From positions 18,229 through 82,228 of the forward strand of contig PLRS01000090.1 in assembly GCA_003164035.1 (NCBI GenBank): a stretch of 64,000 bases of DNA, in the 5' to 3' direction. The notes below the pieces were generated by a model. The model worked only from the letters and a program-made list of their open reading frames with translations. It had not been told where the DNA came from and ran no database searches. Both the position numbers and the translations under genes were made by a program. The stretch is from Bryobacterales bacterium (GTDB taxonomy: Bacteria; Acidobacteriota; Terriglobia; Bryobacterales; Bryobacteraceae). Within the stretch, counting starts at the first letter, position 1. Every line of letters begins with the position of its first letter. Of the stretch, positions 27,188 to 36,505 are shown one piece after another.

Positions 27188-28564
27188 ATGCGCGTAGCCA
27201 TCATTGGCGGCGGCATCTCCGGGCTCTCCACCGCCTACTACCTGGCCCGCGGCGGCATCGCCTCCACCATCGTCGAATCGCGGCCCCGCCTGGGCGGCGT
27301 CATCCAAACCGAACGCGTCGACGGCTGCACTGTCGAAGCCGGCCCCGATAGCTTCCTCTCCGCCAAACCCGCCGCTCTCGATCTCATCGGCGAGCTGGGC
27401 CTCGGGAGTGAAGTCATCGGCTCCAACGACCGCCTGCGCCGCACCTACATCCGCCGCCGCGGCCGTCTGGTGCCGCTGCCTGATGGCCTCATGATGATGG
27501 TGCCCACCCGCATCCTGCCCATGCTTGCCAGCCCGCTGGTCGGCGCCGGCACCAAGCTGCGCATGGGCCTGGAGCTGTTTCGCGCGCCGAAGCCCAGGGC
27601 CGCCGACCAATCCGTGGCCGAATTCATCCGCGAGCACTACGGCCGGGAAGCCGTCGATTATCTGGCCGAACCGCTGCTGTCCGGCGTCTATGGCGGCGAT
27701 CCCGCCCAGCTCAGCGTGCGCAGCGTTCTAGGCCGATTCGTCGAACTCGCCGAGCGCTACGGCAGCCTGTCCCGCGGGATGCTGGCCGAACGCTCGAAAG
27801 CCGCCCGCGCCCATGCCGAGCCCGCCCCTCTTTTCCGCACCCTTAAAGGCGGCCTGCAGCAAATGACCGACGCGGTTGCCGCCGCCATCGCCGGCAAGGC
27901 CGTGGTTCGCCACGCGCGCGTCGAAACCGTGGAGCGCACCGCCGCCGGTTTTCGCTTGCGCCTCAGTGGCGATTGGCTCGATGCCGACCGCCTCGTCGTC
28001 GCCACCGAAGCACATACCGCCGCCCGTTATTTGGCGCCCGTCGATGGCCGTCTCGCCGAACTGCTCGGCGCCGTCCCGTACAGCTCGTCCATGACCGTGG
28101 CCCTCGGGTTCGACGCCGCCGATTTCGCCGGCCCCTTGCCCGATGGATTCGGCTTTCTCGTCCCCCGCGTCGAGCGCCGCCGCCTGGTGGCCTGCACCTG
28201 GGTGGGCACCAAGTTCCCTTACCGGGCTCCCGTCAGCAAGCTGGTGGCGCGCTGCTTTCTGGGCGGCTGGCAGGATCCCGCCATCCTCGACCAGAGCGAC
28301 GAAGCCGTGCTCGCCATCGTCCGCGAGGAACTGCGCGACATCGCCGGCGTCGCCGCCCAGCCCCGTTTTCATCGCATCTTCCGCTGGCCCCGTTCCATGG
28401 CTCAGTACACCGTCGGCCACGCCGCCCGCCTGGCCGAAATTGAGTCCCGCGCCTCCGCCATCCCCGGCCTGTACCTGGCCGGCAACGCTTATCAAGGCAT
28501 CGGCATCCCCGATTGCATCCGTATGGGCAAAGCCGCCGCCGAAGCCATCCGCGCCGCCAGCTAG
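27188..28564 (+). CDS. hemY: protoporphyrinogen/coproporphyrinogen oxidase (HemY-type, FAD)
   Basis: MRVAIIGGGISGLSTAYYL dinucleotide fold, EAGPDSFL, and the C-terminal LAGNAYQGIGIPDCI. Confidence 0.9.
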   Translation: MRVAIIGGGISGLSTAYYLARGGIASTIVESRPRLGGVIQTERVDGCTVEAGPDSFLSAKPAALDLIGELGLGSEVIGSNDRLRRTYIRRRGRLVPLPDGLMMMVPTRILPMLASPLVGAGTKLRMGLELFRAPKPRAADQSVAEFIREHYGREAVDYLAEPLLSGVYGGDPAQLSVRSVLGRFVELAERYGSLSRGMLAERSKAARAHAEPAPLFRTLKGGLQQMTDAVAAAIAGKAVVRHARVETVERTAAGFRLRLSGDWLDADRLVVATEAHTAARYLAPVDGRLAELLGAVPYSSSMTVALGFDAADFAGPLPDGFGFLVPRVERRRLVACTWVGTKFPYRAPVSKLVARCFLGGWQDPAILDQSDEAVLAIVREELRDIAGVAAQPRFHRIFRWPRSMAQYTVGHAARLAEIESRASAIPGLYLAGNAYQGIGIPDCIRMGKAAAEAIRAAS

Positions 28565-28569
28565 CGCCG
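28459..28569 (+). repeat. Direct repeat copy A (functional hemY 3' end)
   Basis: It aligns by eye to 29589..29695 with about 8 substitutions and one 3-nt indel. Confidence 0.85.
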
Positions 28570-28703
28570 CTGCGAGAGCCCGCCCTTCCCAAGAATAAAG
28601 GGACTTTGTCGCGCGTGAAGACGATGTTCGCGTGTATACTCTTTTACACCCGGAGTGGAGGTAGGGGAACTCCGGCCCGATCCCGACACTTGGAGGGGAT
28701 TAC

Positions 28704-29498
28704 ATGTTTCGAAACGTAACCCGCCTGTTTTTCACCGCAGCCGGCTGTCTCGCCCTAGCCGCGGCACAAGATCAACCAGCCTATGTCCGCGATACTTGCG
28801 TCAAGGTGGCGCCGGGCAAAGCCGCCGAAGCTGCAGCCTGGCTGCACGACACAATAGCGAAATTGATGCGTGTCCGCATCGATGACGGCCGTGTCGCATG
28901 GTGGCTGGCCTTGAGTGCAGTTGTGCCGGTGGGCACGTCGGCCCGGTGCGACTACCACAGCGTGATCGGCTACACCGGCTTTCCGCCGGAAGCTCCCACT
29001 GCCGACCAGACCACGGCCGACCTGAAGAAGGCCGGCCTCAATATGACCAGTGCCGAATATAGCGCCAAGCTATCTTCGCTTACGACTCTTGTGAATGTCG
29101 ATATCTGGCGTGCGCGGGCGGATGCCGGCCCGCCGCTTCAGAACGGGCAGTATGTGCGTCTCAACTACTATCACATCAAGCCGGGCCAGGGGGCGGCATG
29201 GCTCAAGCTCGAAACCACCGGTTGGAAGCCGTTTGTGGAGTCGCTGAAGGACTCGGGGCTTGGCTGGCGCCTGAACACGCTCGCCATGCCGGGCGGCGAG
29301 TATCTTCACTACGACGCTCTGACAGTGGACACGTTCCCAAGCTGGGCCGCTCTGGGACAGGGCGTCCCCGTGAATACGGCGTGGCCAAAGGTGCATCCGG
29401 ATTTGCCGTTTGCGGACTATATCAGCCTGACCGCCAACACCGTGGAGCGCTACCGCATAGACGTTCTTCGGGCTGTGGAAGTCGTGGCGCCGAAGTAA
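28704..29498 (+). CDS. secreted hypothetical protein
   Basis: 264-aa ORF with a signal peptide (LFFTAAGCLALAAAQ). No family recognised. It is flanked by the two hemY-tail repeats. Confidence 0.6.
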   Translation: MFRNVTRLFFTAAGCLALAAAQDQPAYVRDTCVKVAPGKAAEAAAWLHDTIAKLMRVRIDDGRVAWWLALSAVVPVGTSARCDYHSVIGYTGFPPEAPTADQTTADLKKAGLNMTSAEYSAKLSSLTTLVNVDIWRARADAGPPLQNGQYVRLNYYHIKPGQGAAWLKLETTGWKPFVESLKDSGLGWRLNTLAMPGGEYLHYDALTVDTFPSWAALGQGVPVNTAWPKVHPDLPFADYISLTANTVERYRIDVLRAVEVVAPK

Positions 29499-29588
29499 CG
29501 TTATTCTGCCGCCTGAGTGCATCCGGCGGGCGACCTCTCTCGCCCCGCCCTCGAAGCCCTTACTCTGCGCTGCTGCGCGCGCACAACC

Positions 29589-29695
29589 CATCCCCGGCCC
29601 GCACCTGGCCGGCAACGCCTATCAAGGCATCGGCATTCCCGATTGCATCCGCATGGGCAAAGCCGCCGCCGAAACCATAGCCGCCAGCTAACGCC
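29589..29695 (+). repeat. Direct repeat copy B (non-functional duplicate of the hemY 3' end including a stop codon)
   Basis: It would encode IPGPHLAGNAYQGIGIPDCIRMGKAAAETIAAS-stop but has no upstream ORF. A 45-nt fragment of the downstream antitoxin gene (29514..29560) precedes it. Confidence 0.85.
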
Positions 29696-29751
29696 CGCGC
29701 TGTTTTGGCCCTGGTTGACCGGGTTCCAGGGATGGGGTAGGGTGAAGGAGG

Positions 29752-30015
29752 ATGGAACTCACCGTCGAAATCCCCGACGATCTCGCCGACCGCATGAGCG
29801 CATCCGGCGGCGACCTGTCGCGCCGCGCCCTCGAAGCCCTGGCGCTCGAAGAGTTCAAGGCGGGCCGCATCACCAAGCCCGAGTTGCGGCGGTTGCTCGG
29901 TTTTGGAACTCGATACCGGCTGGACGGGTTTCTGAAGTCTCATGACTTGTATGAAGAGTACACCCTGGAAGATTTTGAGCGGGATCGTGACGCTCTCAAG
30001 CAATTAGGATTTTAG
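29752..30015 (+). CDS. UPF0175-family antitoxin
   Basis: LSRRALEALALEEFKAGRITKPELRRLLG pattern. It lies 3 nt upstream of a PIN-like gene. Confidence 0.7.
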   Translation: MELTVEIPDDLADRMSASGGDLSRRALEALALEEFKAGRITKPELRRLLGFGTRYRLDGFLKSHDLYEEYTLEDFERDRDALKQLGF

Positions 30016-30018
30016 TCG

Positions 30019-30519
30019 GTGCGGCTCGTCATCGCCGATACCGGGCCGATCAACTACCTGATACTGATTGGAAACATCGATCTTCTTCCAGTTCTTTTTG
30101 AGAAAGTGATCCTCCCATCTGCCGTGCGAGCGGAGCTGACTGACCCCGATGCTCCGCCTTCAGTACGAGGCTGGATTGCCGATCCCCCGGCCTGGCTTGA
30201 GGTCCACGAAACGCCACGCTCCCAGTTCGACCAGGTTTCCGTGGAGGGACTCGATGAAGGGGAGACAGCCGCAATCGCCTTGGCCATTTCCCTCGACGCC
30301 GATCTATTGCTCATAGACGAACGGAAGGGCGTATCTGTAGCTCGCGGCAAGGGACTCCGTGTGACCGGCACGCTGGGCGTCCTCGATGTTGCCGCCCAGC
30401 ATGGCCTGGTTAACTTTGCTCGGGCGATTGACCGACTTCGAAGGACAACCTTTAGGACCCCGGAAGCGCTTCTCGATTCGCTGATGAAAAAGCACGTGTC
30501 GCCACGTGACAACGGCTAA
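30019..30519 (+). CDS. DUF3368-type PIN-like nuclease (toxin)
   Basis: VIADTGPINYLILIG ... DEGETAAIALA ... LLLIDERKG. GTG start. Confidence 0.7.
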   Translation: MRLVIADTGPINYLILIGNIDLLPVLFEKVILPSAVRAELTDPDAPPSVRGWIADPPAWLEVHETPRSQFDQVSVEGLDEGETAAIALAISLDADLLLIDERKGVSVARGKGLRVTGTLGVLDVAAQHGLVNFARAIDRLRRTTFRTPEALLDSLMKKHVSPRDNG

Positions 30520-30637
30520 ACTCGTTGCGGGCAACCTTGGCGCTGGCCTTCCTTTCGGGGTATCGTGTCCCCCGTTCCACCAGTTCCACTCCTGCGCGAT
30601 CCGTCCCGCGCGGCGGCGCCTCCGAATTGCCCCATCA

Positions 30638-31846
30638 CTACGATGCCGGAAGGATCCAGTCGATCAGCGGCGCTGTCATCAGGGTGGTGGCAAGGGCCAT
30701 GATCACCATCATGGAGAACAGCGTCGGCGAGAGAATGTGCAAGTCGAGTCCCACATTGAGGATGACAAGCTCTACCAGTCCCCTGGTATTCACCAGAACT
30801 CCGACCGCCAGCGACTCGCGCCACCTCATCCCGCTGGCGTGAACGATCAGCCCGCTTACCAGGAGCTTGCTACCCACGGCAACCAACACGATGAGGCCGC
30901 AGAGCAACCAGAGTCCGACGCTGTTGAGCAGCCCGATGCTGGTGCGGAGGCCGGTATAGGCGAAGAAGAGCGGCAGCAGCAGGACCACGGTTACCGATTC
31001 GAGCTTGTCCCGTAGTCCCTCTTCCAGCTTGCCGCCTTTGGGCATCACGATTCCAGCCAGAAAGGCGCCAAACAAGGCGTGCACGGCCAGTGCTTCGGTA
31101 GCCCAAACGGAGAGTAGGAGAAAGATCATGGCCGCCCCAAAACGGCCGAGACCCGGCGCCGCGTCCGCCGGAAGCAAACGGCGTAATGCCGGGCGAACCA
31201 GCAGAACCATCGCGAGAATGTACCCGATGAGCGCGGCGAAGCGCCAGGGCAGCGGATTTTGATTCGCCTCCGGACGCGCGATCACGGTGATGACGGCGAG
31301 CAGGCACCACGCCGTGAGGTCGTCAACCGCCGCACAGGAGATGGCAAACACTCCCACCCGCGTGCGCATCAGTTTGCGATCGGCCAGGATGCGCGCCAGA
31401 ACGGGGAACGCGGTAATACCCATGGCCGCGCCCAGAAACAGCACGAACGGCAGCCTGGGAGCGCCGCCGCCCAGATGTGGATAGAGTCCCCACGCCAGAG
31501 CTCCACCCAGCAGGAAAGGCGCCAGGATGCTCGCCTGGCTGGCTGCCACTACCGATTTCGCGGACCCCCGCAGGGAGCCCGGCCGAACCTCGAGGCCGAC
31601 CAGGAACATGAACAGGACCAGGCCCAACTGGCTGAGTGCATACAGCGGCCCGATGCCGCCCGCGGGGAACAGGCCGTTCATCATGGTGGGGAAGAATCTG
31701 CCCAGTAAAGATGGACCCAGCAGGATACCGGCGGCCATCTCGCCGATCACTTCGGGCTGGCCGATCGACCGGAACGCGGCGGCCATCAGCCGCGCGGCCG
31801 TCAGGATCACGGCCATCTGCAAAAACAGGAGCTTCAGTTCAGGCAT
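30638..31846 (-). CDS. cation:proton antiporter (CPA2/Kef-like membrane domain)
   Basis: QPEVIGEMAAGILLGPSLLG signature and about 12 hydrophobic helices. Confidence 0.85.
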   Translation of the reverse strand: MPELKLLFLQMAVILTAARLMAAAFRSIGQPEVIGEMAAGILLGPSLLGRFFPTMMNGLFPAGGIGPLYALSQLGLVLFMFLVGLEVRPGSLRGSAKSVVAASQASILAPFLLGGALAWGLYPHLGGGAPRLPFVLFLGAAMGITAFPVLARILADRKLMRTRVGVFAISCAAVDDLTAWCLLAVITVIARPEANQNPLPWRFAALIGYILAMVLLVRPALRRLLPADAAPGLGRFGAAMIFLLLSVWATEALAVHALFGAFLAGIVMPKGGKLEEGLRDKLESVTVVLLLPLFFAYTGLRTSIGLLNSVGLWLLCGLIVLVAVGSKLLVSGLIVHASGMRWRESLAVGVLVNTRGLVELVILNVGLDLHILSPTLFSMMVIMALATTLMTAPLIDWILPAS

Positions 31847-31899
31847 CGCCCCGCTCCAGGTTGCGATGCGCTTCCAGGCGCTTCCGCCTCCCCTGTTCC

Positions 31900-32205
31900 T
31901 TATGTTTCAATCCAGCATCCCAATAAGGAAACGGAGCGCGACAAAGATGGAATTGATTTTTCACACCGAACATGCGGCATGGCTTGGACCTTCGCTTCAC
32001 AGAACCGCCGCGCCGCGTCCAGGCGGTCGAACACGATGCACGTGGCGTCGGCCGGCGTTGAATACGGCTGGCCATCCGGCGCCAGCGAAGCGGAAATCGT
32101 CTGGTGCTTCAGAAAGACGGCGCAATCGGTGGGACGAATCAGGTCGCTCCAATCGCACGGGTCGCGCCGCGGGTCAAACAGCCGGATCTCGGTGCCGCCG
32201 TCCAC
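31900..32205 (-). CDS. hypothetical protein
   Basis: 101-aa ORF with no family recognised. Coding status is uncertain. Confidence 0.3.
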   Translation of the reverse strand: MDGGTEIRLFDPRRDPCDWSDLIRPTDCAVFLKHQTISASLAPDGQPYSTPADATCIVFDRLDAARRFCEAKVQAMPHVRCEKSIPSLSRSVSLLGCWIET

Positions 32206-32382
32206 ATCCTAATGGTAATGCGGAGGTACGGGCGCTCCGCCTGTCGCGATGGCCCGCGGTTGATGGCCGCGTAACCTCGGGACGAGTAGCTGTTGCCGAA
32301 GCCGGCTGGGCGGTTACCTTGCCGGACGCATACTTTCACGTAGCAGGTGGGCGCGAGAACCCTTGTCGCGCTGCCGCAGGCT

Positions 32383-32655
32383 TCACCCGGTGGCGATTAG
32401 CCGGTTGTAGACGGCGTGCGGCCCCACCCAGAACCACACGACATTGTTTTCGCGCTCTACCGCAAGTGCGCGGTAATGCAGCCCGATCCGAACTGACCAG
32501 AAACGCCCAGACTTCTTAAGGTGTAGGGACGGGTGACGTGGATCCCGCCGCAACAGCCGGTAGGACTCGTCGGCCAGGCGACGTACGTCTTCAGGAAGCT
32601 CGTGATAACATTGCCAGAATCGAGGATTGGCGCGGTGCTTCACCGCTCCATGCAT
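32383..32655 (-). CDS. RelE/ParE-superfamily toxin
   Basis: PRFWQCYHELP ... DPRHPSLHLKK ... WSVRIGLHYRAL ... VWFWVGPHAVY pattern. An alternative GTG start at 32643 gives a GTGA overlap with the antitoxin stop. Confidence 0.65.
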   Translation of the reverse strand: MHGAVKHRANPRFWQCYHELPEDVRRLADESYRLLRRDPRHPSLHLKKSGRFWSVRIGLHYRALAVERENNVVWFWVGPHAVYNRLIATG

Positions 32656-32849
32656 CGGCCCGCGCGCAGATCCTCGAGAGCTTCGTCCGCCAGCGCATCC
32701 AGGCGTCCCGCCCTGACGTCCGCTTCAATCCGGCGGTCCCACGCTTCAGCGTCGAATTCGGCAAACCACGCCCGGAACATGGCAAGTTCGGCCTCCGAAA
32801 GCAACCGTACAGCCTGCTCTATTTCGTTCACACTACCCATCGTTTCCAA
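32640..32849 (-). CDS. cognate antitoxin (small acidic helical protein)
   Basis: 69-aa ORF overlapping the toxin start. EIEQAVRLLSEAELAMFRAWFAEFD is typical of the partners of this toxin type. Confidence 0.6.
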   Translation of the reverse strand: METMGSVNEIEQAVRLLSEAELAMFRAWFAEFDAEAWDRRIEADVRAGRLDALADEALEDLRAGRCMER

Positions 32850-32986
32850 GCTTACTCTCCGCGATTGCGTGCCCGCAACCCCACACCGGCAAGTGTGTGC
32901 GCCTTCCGAAAGCGGTTGATTCGGAAGAACTTCGGCACTCGGTATAAACCGCTAAAATCCGATCCTGGTGACGGGCCGACAAAGCC

Positions 32987-33838
32987 TTATTTCAAGTATT
33001 TCACGAACAATACAGCGTTACGCTTCTCGTTATAGACCAATTCATCCACCATATTGCGAGCCATCAGGATGCCGAAGCCGCCGGGGCGGTTGCCTTGCCG
33101 GACGCGCACCTCCACGTGGCGGGTGGGCGAATCTTCCGGGTTGGCAATGGCGGCGTGGGGCAGGTGTTCGAGCGAGAAACCCTTGCCGGGGTCCTCGATC
33201 TCGACCACCACCGAGCGGGCTGTGCGGATCAGCGAGGCGCGCACTCGCTTGCGGGGGTCCGAACCGGCGCCGTGCTCGATGCCGTTGATCAGCAATTCGC
33301 GGAAGGCGCTGGCGATGTCCTCGCGCGGGCCGCCGGGCGCATCGGCAGTCATTTCCCGCACCAGTTGGGTGGCTCGCTCAGCGGCTTCGAGCTTGGAGCG
33401 GACGTCCAGCGTACACCAATCCGGCCGGGCGGAGACAACCCGCAAGTCGTCGCGCCAGGCAGAAGCATCGAGCGCCTGCTGCACCATATCCGCTAGCTGG
33501 CTGGCTGGAAGAGGTTTGTGAAAGTAACAATATGCCCGATCCCGGATGGCGGCCAGGGCGTGCGCCGGGTTGGCTTCGCCGGTCAGAATCACGCGCGCTT
33601 CCGGACGAAGCGACCGAACCCGCCGCAGCAGTGCCCGGCCATCCCCACCGCCGCCCGACTCCGGTCCGGCCACGACCACTTCGTAAGGCAGCCGGCGCAA
33701 CAAATCCAGGGCCTGATCCGAATCGTAGGCGTCTTCAATGGCGCGGTCTTCGCGGCGCAAAAGTCCTTCCAGAGCCTGGTGAACCGCGGGATCGGCATCC
33801 AAGACCAACAGAAGGCGTGGCGGCAAATTTCCCCTCAC
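32987..33838 (-). CDS. response-regulator receiver domain fused to a SpoIIAB-like HATPase domain
   Basis: REC-like N-terminus (LLLVLDADP...VVVAG...VILTG). The C-terminal LINGIEHG...IEDPGKGF...GGFGILM gives N, G1 and G2-like boxes. Confidence 0.7.
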   Translation of the reverse strand: MRGNLPPRLLLVLDADPAVHQALEGLLRREDRAIEDAYDSDQALDLLRRLPYEVVVAGPESGGGGDGRALLRRVRSLRPEARVILTGEANPAHALAAIRDRAYCYFHKPLPASQLADMVQQALDASAWRDDLRVVSARPDWCTLDVRSKLEAAERATQLVREMTADAPGGPREDIASAFRELLINGIEHGAGSDPRKRVRASLIRTARSVVVEIEDPGKGFSLEHLPHAAIANPEDSPTRHVEVRVRQGNRPGGFGILMARNMVDELVYNEKRNAVLFVKYLK

Positions 33839-33878
33839 CCTTACTCTAGCAGCCCATAGCGAAAGTCGCGCCGCGCGG

Positions 33879-33945
33879 CCGCTCCCTTGCGGTCGCGGCT
33901 CGGAAATGCGCGACTACCGAGCCGCGACCGCAAGGGAGTGGTTGC
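33879..33945. repeat. Family A palindromic repeat
   Basis: CCGCTCCCTTGCGGTCGCGGCTCGG ... CCGAGCCGCGACCGCAAGGGAGTGGTTGC. Confidence 0.85.
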
Positions 33946-34085
33946 CGGGCGTGTGCTCGTAGTTCCGAGATGGAGTGCTAAGCCTTTGCGGAACAGGCCT
34001 TTAGCCCGCGGCGACATTCCCGGCAGCTCCGCCTGGGGCGAGGCCGCGCGTAACCTTTGGGCGACGCCGCGCATCTCATGTGACG

Positions 34086-35597
34086 ATGCGTCACACTGAG
34101 CCTGCCCGTAGTGTCGGCCTGGCCGGCGGATTCCCCCGCGCAAGGCTGCTGTCGCTCGCGCTTCTCGCGGCTGGCCTCGCCGCCGCGCAGGTTTACCCTC
34201 CCTATGGCTACCCCGGCGGGTATCCGGGCGGTTACCCCGGCGGCTACCCGGGCGGCACTGGAATTCCCATGCCACGCGGCAAGAAACAGCCGGATTCCAC
34301 CAAAGGCCAGCCCATGCCCAACTTCCGCGGCAAGCTGAAACAGCAGATGGATGCCAAGTCGATTGTGCTGTCGCTCGACGACGACCGCGTGGTTGTTTTC
34401 CGGCGCACCGATAAGACCAAGTTTTTCAAGGCGGGCGACGAAATCAAGAATCCCCAGTTCCAGGTTGGCGACCAGCTTTCCGTGGAAGGACCCGAGGAGA
34501 TGGACGGTAGCATGACGGCGGCCAACGTCTATTGGGAGAAGGCCGGGGCGGGATCCACCAGTACCTCTACCGGTGCCGGTAAGAAAGACGATAGCGGCGC
34601 CGTCGACACCTGGAAAGACGCTCCCAAGCAGGATACCGCTACTACCATAGCTCCGCCGCCAGCCAAGCCGGATGCCGACGATCCGGGTCCGCCGACTTTG
34701 CAGCGCGGCAAGGTAGCCGATGCCAACCGGGAGCACGCCTCCGGCGTTCAGCCGGCGCCGAATGCCCAACCCCCAGCCGGGGCACCGCCGGTGGAGACCG
34801 CCGCTAACACCATTCCCCCCGCGCCGCCGCAATCGACCGGTTCGCTTGCTTCCACCGACGACGAGCTTTCCGTTTCTCGTCCCAACGGCGACGATCTGAT
34901 CCGCAAGGCCACCGATGCGGCATTCGATTTTACCCAAAACCTGCCCAATTACGTTTGCCTGGAATTGATCAACCGCTACCAAAGCGACAGCAAGCCGGTC
35001 AACTGGCAGGCCATCGACCGCGTCCAGACCAACGTGGTGTACGAAAACGGCAAGGAAGACTACCGCAACCTGACGATCAACGGACGCGCGGTGAATAAGA
35101 CCATGGAGCAAATGGACGGAGCCTGGTCGACCGGCGAGTTCGGTACCATGCTGGTCAACCTGTTTTCCCCCGCTACTGCCGCCGATTTCCGCTATAGCCA
35201 TGTGTCGCGCGCCGGCGGCATCGGTTCCAAGGTGTACGATTTCACCGTCGACCACCAGCATTCCCACTGGGACGTGAAAATGGGGTCGCAGGAATACTCG
35301 CCCGCATTTCGCGGCTCGGTGTGGATCGATCCTCAAACGGCGCGGGTGATGCGGATCGAAATGGAAGCCTTCGGTTTCCCCGGGAGTTTCCCCACCGACC
35401 ACGTGGAATCGGCCACCGACTACGAATATGTCCGCCTGGGCGACGCGCAGCAGTACCTGCTGCCGGTGCATTCGGAAACCCTGAGCTGCGAGCGCGGCAC
35501 CCCGCTGTGCAGCCGCAACGTGATCGACTTCCGCAATTACCACAAATACACCGGCGAATCGACCGTCACTTTCGGCGATCCGAAGAACCCGAAGTAG
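34086..35597 (+). CDS. secreted hypothetical protein with (YPGG)n repeat
   Basis: Signal peptide, then YPPYGYPGGYPGGYPGGYPGG, a Pro/Ala-rich linker, and a roughly 250-aa C-terminal globular region. No family recognised. Confidence 0.65.
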   Translation: MRHTEPARSVGLAGGFPRARLLSLALLAAGLAAAQVYPPYGYPGGYPGGYPGGYPGGTGIPMPRGKKQPDSTKGQPMPNFRGKLKQQMDAKSIVLSLDDDRVVVFRRTDKTKFFKAGDEIKNPQFQVGDQLSVEGPEEMDGSMTAANVYWEKAGAGSTSTSTGAGKKDDSGAVDTWKDAPKQDTATTIAPPPAKPDADDPGPPTLQRGKVADANREHASGVQPAPNAQPPAGAPPVETAANTIPPAPPQSTGSLASTDDELSVSRPNGDDLIRKATDAAFDFTQNLPNYVCLELINRYQSDSKPVNWQAIDRVQTNVVYENGKEDYRNLTINGRAVNKTMEQMDGAWSTGEFGTMLVNLFSPATAADFRYSHVSRAGGIGSKVYDFTVDHQHSHWDVKMGSQEYSPAFRGSVWIDPQTARVMRIEMEAFGFPGSFPTDHVESATDYEYVRLGDAQQYLLPVHSETLSCERGTPLCSRNVIDFRNYHKYTGESTVTFGDPKNPK

Positions 35598-36076
35598 TTG
35601 GCGGCGGCGTCAGTCCTGATCCGCGTACCAGCGCCAGTAGCGCCGCCATGCTTCGACCGGATCGCCGGCAATGGGGCATGCCATGGTCAAACCTCCTCAC
35701 CCATGCGGATCTCGCAGAGCGGATATCTCGGTTTAGGCGCCGGCACAGGTACGATTCGTTCGTCTAACATGAGTTGTCTCCCAATTGCAAGGTACGATGC
35801 CGACAGACCGCAACTGAGCGGGAGAGTTTGTAAGTGATTGCAATAATTGAGCGAAATATATTTGAAAATCTGTGACCCATTCCGGCGCGCTGGCGCGCGC
35901 CTACCAGGATGGATGAAAAAGCGCTGGGTGTTCCTGGCGGAACTCATTGATATGGCGTGGCTTACAGGCTGATATTCGTAGGACCCACTACACGGCCCCC
36001 GCGGGGCCATCACCGGGACGGATGAAAAGCGCTCCGCGCCGGGCGATTTGTTTGCTCCGCAAGGGGCGCTAGCTGA

Positions 36077-36220
36077 CTAAGTACACAACTTCATAAGTTC
36101 GCCAACGTATTTCCGGGTAACCGCTCCCTGACGGTCGCGGCTCGGAAACGCGTTAAACCGAAGCCGCGACCGTCAGGGAGCGGTTGCTTAATATGTGGCC
36201 GTAATTCCGAAATGGAGTAC
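36077..36220 (+). mobile_element. Composite MITE-like element built on a family A palindrome (core 36119..36187)
   Basis: The whole roughly 144 nt, flanks plus palindrome, recurs in inverted orientation at 51869..52011. Confidence 0.65.
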
Positions 36221-36294
36221 AAAGTCACTGAGCAGAATGGGGATTTCGGGCAGTATCTTTCGTAGGACCCAGTTACACGGATCCTACAGGGCCG

Positions 36295-36441
36295 TTACCG
36301 TTCCGGCTCGGCTGCCGCGCTGCGATACGGGGGGCGGGGCTTCTTAGGAGCGCCCACATAGGCGTAGGGATCTTCGGGAGGCTCCGGCTGCTGGCGCTTG
36401 AAAAAACGCCGAATCCCGTCTTTGATTTGCCGCGCGGTCAT
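36295..36441 (-). CDS. small basic Pro-rich hypothetical protein
   Basis: 48-aa ORF just downstream of dnaE2 on the same strand. Coding status is uncertain. Confidence 0.3.
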   Translation of the reverse strand: MTARQIKDGIRRFFKRQQPEPPEDPYAYVGAPKKPRPPYRSAAAEPER

Positions 36442-36505
36442 GTCGAAATCATACTCCTTCGGCCGGCCGGACGAAAGGCCGTGCACAAGAATGCACAACA
36501 CCGGC

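Noticed and set aside
35598-36294. Possible gene in the roughly 700-nt gap after the YPGG-repeat protein (for example ORF 35687..36013).
   Set aside because: The region is a mosaic of repeat elements with a variable GC profile. The ORF has no motif, no RBS and odd composition. I treat it as non-coding, repeat-rich intergenic DNA.
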